A stretch of DNA of 31,406 nt, counting the filler, from an uncultured bacterium (GTDB lineage Bacteria > Latescibacterota > UBA2968): NCBI GenBank assembly GCA_964471275.1. It is 11 parts of 11 records of this genome, joined end to end, with 100 filler letters (N's around TTAATTAATTAA, not from the genome) between each part and the next. Parts side by side here need not be neighbours in the genome. Positions count along the whole stretch, not along the records: positions 28,852 to 31,406 come from CAYYGZ010000369.1; 10 more parts are not named here. The stretch is one strand, 5' to 3'. Position 1 is the first letter of the stretch. Each line of letters starts with the position of its first letter. Position numbers and translations under genes: made by a program. This document shows positions 28,852-31,406 of this stretch, piece by piece. Under the pieces are notes generated by a model. The model saw only the letters and a list, made by a program, of their open reading frames with translations, was not told where the DNA came from and ran no database searches.

Positions 28852-29169
28852 TGCGCTCACGGAGGAGGGCCGGGCGATGAACCACTGTGTGGGGTCTTAC
28901 GCCAACACTGTCAGAAAGGCAACATCTCGGTCTGGTCGATGCAGGTTCTGGACGAAGAAAGCTCGCATCGTGTCATGACCATTGCAGTCCAGAGCAAGGC
29001 TCGGCGCACCAATCAGGCCAGGGGACGATTCAATGCTCTGCCCAGCAGTAAAACTCCGAATGGAAAACGAATTCAGGAACGACGCCGGAAGCGTTATCTG
29101 CAGCGGTCGCGCAGAATACTGCATCTCTGGCAGGAGCAGGAAAGTTTGACCAGGGCGTCGCGAATCTAA
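28852..29169 (+). pseudogene. PcfJ-like domain protein C-terminus with a 1-nt frameshift near 28907
   Basis: ALTEEGRAMNHCVGSYAN in one frame, then CQKGNISVWSMQV..RVMTIAV..QARGRFN in another. Together these give the PcfJ pattern EG..M.HCVGSY...C..G...TI....Q.RG..N. Confidence 0.75.
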
Positions 29170-29204
29170 CCGCGATCATACACACGTGTCGACTCGTAGG
29201 GGCT

Positions 29205-30212
29205 CTACCTCGCCCTGAATCGCACGATCGCATCATCCGCCCGCGCTGTATTGGCGTCGATCGTGCGTCCCGCATTGTGTGGTGTGTGAACGACATTGTG
29301 CCGTCCCAGCAACGGTGAGTTCAACGGTACCGGCTCCTCATCGAACACATCCGCTGTCAGAAAAAGCTCGTCGTTCAACACGCGCCGATACAGCGCCTGA
29401 GTATCACACACCTTCGCCCGAGTCACCTGCACGACCAGACTCTGGTCCGGCAGCGCGTTGATGTGATCAGCCGTCACAAGACCACGCGTACTGGGGGTAA
29501 GTGGAACCATTGGCGCGAAGATATCCGCATCCTTCACCAGCTCATCCTGACACCAGCATCGGGTCACGCCAGCCAGATCGAACGAAGCGTCCGGAGCGAA
29601 CGGATCCCACACAGCGACATCAGCTCCCATCATCTGACACCACTTCGCGTATCGCCCACCGATATTCCCCACCCCCACAATCCGGACGCGCTTGCCGTGG
29701 ATCGTCCCGCTGACGTACTTCGTGTCGTCACCAAACTGCTGTCCACGTCGACCCGGCCGACCTGGTTTCGCAGAATAATTCCAGATCTCGTGGCCCTGAA
29801 TCATCGCGTTGTAGGTCATCGGGATCCGGCGAAGCGCAGCAATCGTCAGCCCCAGAGCATACTCGGCCACGGTCTGCCCCCACTGCACATCGCCCCGAGG
29901 ATACAGAATCGTCACGCCCCTCGACTCCAGCAGCTCAACTCCCTTGCCGGAATCGCCACCGTAGCTGCCGGATATGTAGCACTCTTCTAGCCCCGTGAAC
30001 AGTTCCAGATCTGCCTGATCCGTTTGGAAGCCCAGAAGAACGAGTCGCGTGACCGTGTCTGGATTCTGCACGAAGTCGACGGCTGTCAGATCCGCCTCTT
30101 CAGTCCGGTACAGCTCACACCCTCCTTCATCTTCCCAACGCTGATACCAGTAGTCGGCCGTGAATGGCCACGTACTGTCGAACTTCTCGTGTACACAGAT
30201 GACTGATCTCAT
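29205..30212 (-). CDS. D-isomer-specific 2-hydroxyacid dehydrogenase
   Basis: TVAEYALGL, IVGVGNIGG (Rossmann), WDPF, PLTPSTRGLV, TRA, DVFDEEP, TPHNAG. Confidence 0.92.
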   Translation of the reverse strand: MRSVICVHEKFDSTWPFTADYWYQRWEDEGGCELYRTEEADLTAVDFVQNPDTVTRLVLLGFQTDQADLELFTGLEECYISGSYGGDSGKGVELLESRGVTILYPRGDVQWGQTVAEYALGLTIAALRRIPMTYNAMIQGHEIWNYSAKPGRPGRRGQQFGDDTKYVSGTIHGKRVRIVGVGNIGGRYAKWCQMMGADVAVWDPFAPDASFDLAGVTRCWCQDELVKDADIFAPMVPLTPSTRGLVTADHINALPDQSLVVQVTRAKVCDTQALYRRVLNDELFLTADVFDEEPVPLNSPLLGRHNVVHTPHNAGRTIDANTARADDAIVRFRAR

Positions 30213-30326
30213 CTTGACCTCAAGATCGGTGAAACCTCAAAATGCCAGAGGACACGAATACGTGGCGTCAGTTCGAGCGCGAGTCGAGAACCGCACATAG
30301 CTGAATCGAGTCGGTCTCCCACATCA

Positions 30327-30970
30327 CTAGAACTTCATCCCCACGGCTTCCGTGATGAACTTCAGGGACGGCTTCCGGGATGCGCACAGCTCCTTCTGCG
30401 ACAGATCCCTGACAACGATAAAGTCTTTCCGCCTCAGATCCGTAATCAGAGGATGATCCACATCGAATCCTGCCGGTGGCCGCTTGAGTGAATCACCTTC
30501 CAGAGGAAACGCCTTCCCGAACTTTCCACCGGTTGCCCGCTTCAAGGCTTTCAGATTCTCGGCGATCGCTTCCCGAATCATCTTCTGCGTCGCCGTATCC
30601 GGATGCCAGATCCCCATCCCGACAAAGGACTCATTCGGATCCAGGTGTAGGTAGTATCCCGGCGGGTACACATCCTTTGCGCGCTCGTGCCGAAAATGCA
30701 CGCCAACGTTCGTTTTGTAAGGTGACTTGTCCTTCGAGAACATCACATCACGAAAGATTCTGAAGAGCGATTCACCTTCCTGGCACTCGCTTCGTAGTGT
30801 GGACTCAGCTTCTCGAGATGCTCTGAGAAATCCTCGATAAAGCCCAGAAGCAGTTCACGGAGATCCTCCTCAAAACGGCTCTTGTTCTCCGCAAATCAGT
30901 CTCGGTCGTTATTCTTAGCCAGATCCGCCAGGAACCTGAACAACTTCTGTGTGATATACGGATTCGCCAC
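30327..30970 (-). pseudogene. DUF2461 (TIGR02453-like) protein with a nonsense codon and a frameshift
   Basis: MANPYITQKLFRFLADLAKNNDRD*FAENK (TGA 30896-30898 at the conserved Trp of NNxRxWF). A frameshift near 30771 precedes SLFRIFRDVMFSKDKSPYKT; then GYYLHL, GIWHP, LKRPPAGF, DLRRKDF. RBS GAGGA. Confidence 0.88.
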
Positions 30971-30991
30971 ACATTCCTCTTGGTTCATTCC

Positions 30992-31406
30992 TCAGCTCGT
31001 CCCCCACCCATCCCACTTCTCAGGATCCGCCCACTCCTGCCCCACATCGATAAACCCTCTTGGTCCACGATGTCCGTATTCGAACGGATCACACGTTCCT
31101 TCCATCCACCGATGCAGCCGCTCCTCCATCTCTTCCACCGCGGCTCTCCCTTCCTCTGAACCTGCCAGGTTCGTCATCTCCAGAGGATCCGCTTCTCGAT
31201 CGAACAACCACGGGCCACGTTCGTTCTCAAACCACCGGGCGTAGGTATAGCGATCAGTACGTACGCCGCGCCAGCGACCGACCCAACCATAACGATTTGG
31301 CCACCCGTTCGCCATATTCAGCAGGTAGGCGGAATCGCCGCCACCTGGAGCGTAATCTGGATCGGCAGGTTGGCTTCCGCCACACCACACCGTTGAAACA
31401 TCACGT
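30992..31406 (-). CDS. Sulfatase C-terminal region, truncated by the window end
   Basis: WRGVRTDRYTYARW, LFDREADPLEMTNLAG, LHRWMEGTCDPF. Confidence 0.85.
   Translation of the reverse strand, partial: RDVSTVWCGGSQPADPDYAPGGGDSAYLLNMANGWPNRYGWVGRWRGVRTDRYTYARWFENERGPWLFDREADPLEMTNLAGSEEGRAAVEEMEERLHRWMEGTCDPFEYGHRGPRGFIDVGQEWADPEKWDGWGTS

Noticed and set aside
6993..30898. Stop-codon reassignment, selenocysteine or pyrrolysine as the explanation for the in-frame TGA/TAG codons
   Set aside because: The stops replace different residues (Trp and Arg for TGA, Trp for TAG) and co-occur with frameshifts. TGA and TAG also end intact genes normally (e.g. 6537-6539, 10992-10994, 2778-2780).
1..31406. 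Apparent polysaccharide-utilisation or other multi-gene system spanning the window (TonB receptor + BNR_4 + GH92 + sulfatase)
   Set aside because: These genes are on different contigs ordered only by length, so adjacency carries no information.

Overview
This window is not one locus. It is 11 short unrelated contigs (1-2927, 3028-5882, 5983-8829, 8930-11770, 11871-14672, 14773-17548, 17649-20400, 20501-23241, 23342-26020, 26121-28751, 28852-31406) joined by artificial 100-nt linkers (N44-TTAATTAATTAA-N44) and sorted by decreasing length, as expected for the small-contig tail of a draft or metagenome-assembled genome. Gene neighbourhood across linkers is meaningless. Most contigs look like one GC-rich heterotrophic diderm bacterium (FCB-type TonB-dependent receptor, GH92, BNR_4, sulfatase, sugar-acid catabolism; a Latescibacterota/Gemmatimonadota-like lineage is my inference). 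Contig 10 is compositionally different. Recognisable genes include a TonB-dependent receptor, GT-C/TPR protein, uronate-dehydrogenase-like SDR, HAD phosphatase, VWA protein, FKBP PPIase, yhbY, truC, a divergent purC, an IS481 end, sixA, a stand-alone FtsH M41 domain, manC, aldo/keto reductase, dgoD-like enolase, marC, GH92, an octaheme HAO-family cytochrome c, two B12 radical SAM fragments, a DegT aminotransferase, a PcfJ-like fragment, a 2-hydroxyacid dehydrogenase, DUF2461 and a sulfatase. The most notable observations are: (1) a hidden 336-codon DUF1016-N/thermonuclease fusion broken by two in-frame stops; (2) a membrane-anchored octaheme HAO homolog with Trp instead of the P460 cross-link Tyr; (3) a high density of nonsense and frameshift lesions across contigs; (4) a foreign insert bounded by GACG direct repeats inside dgoD; (5) an orphan promoter-to-terminator structured non-coding unit; (6) several REP-like and short tandem repeat families. 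I cannot demonstrate a complete novel multi-gene system from these fragments.
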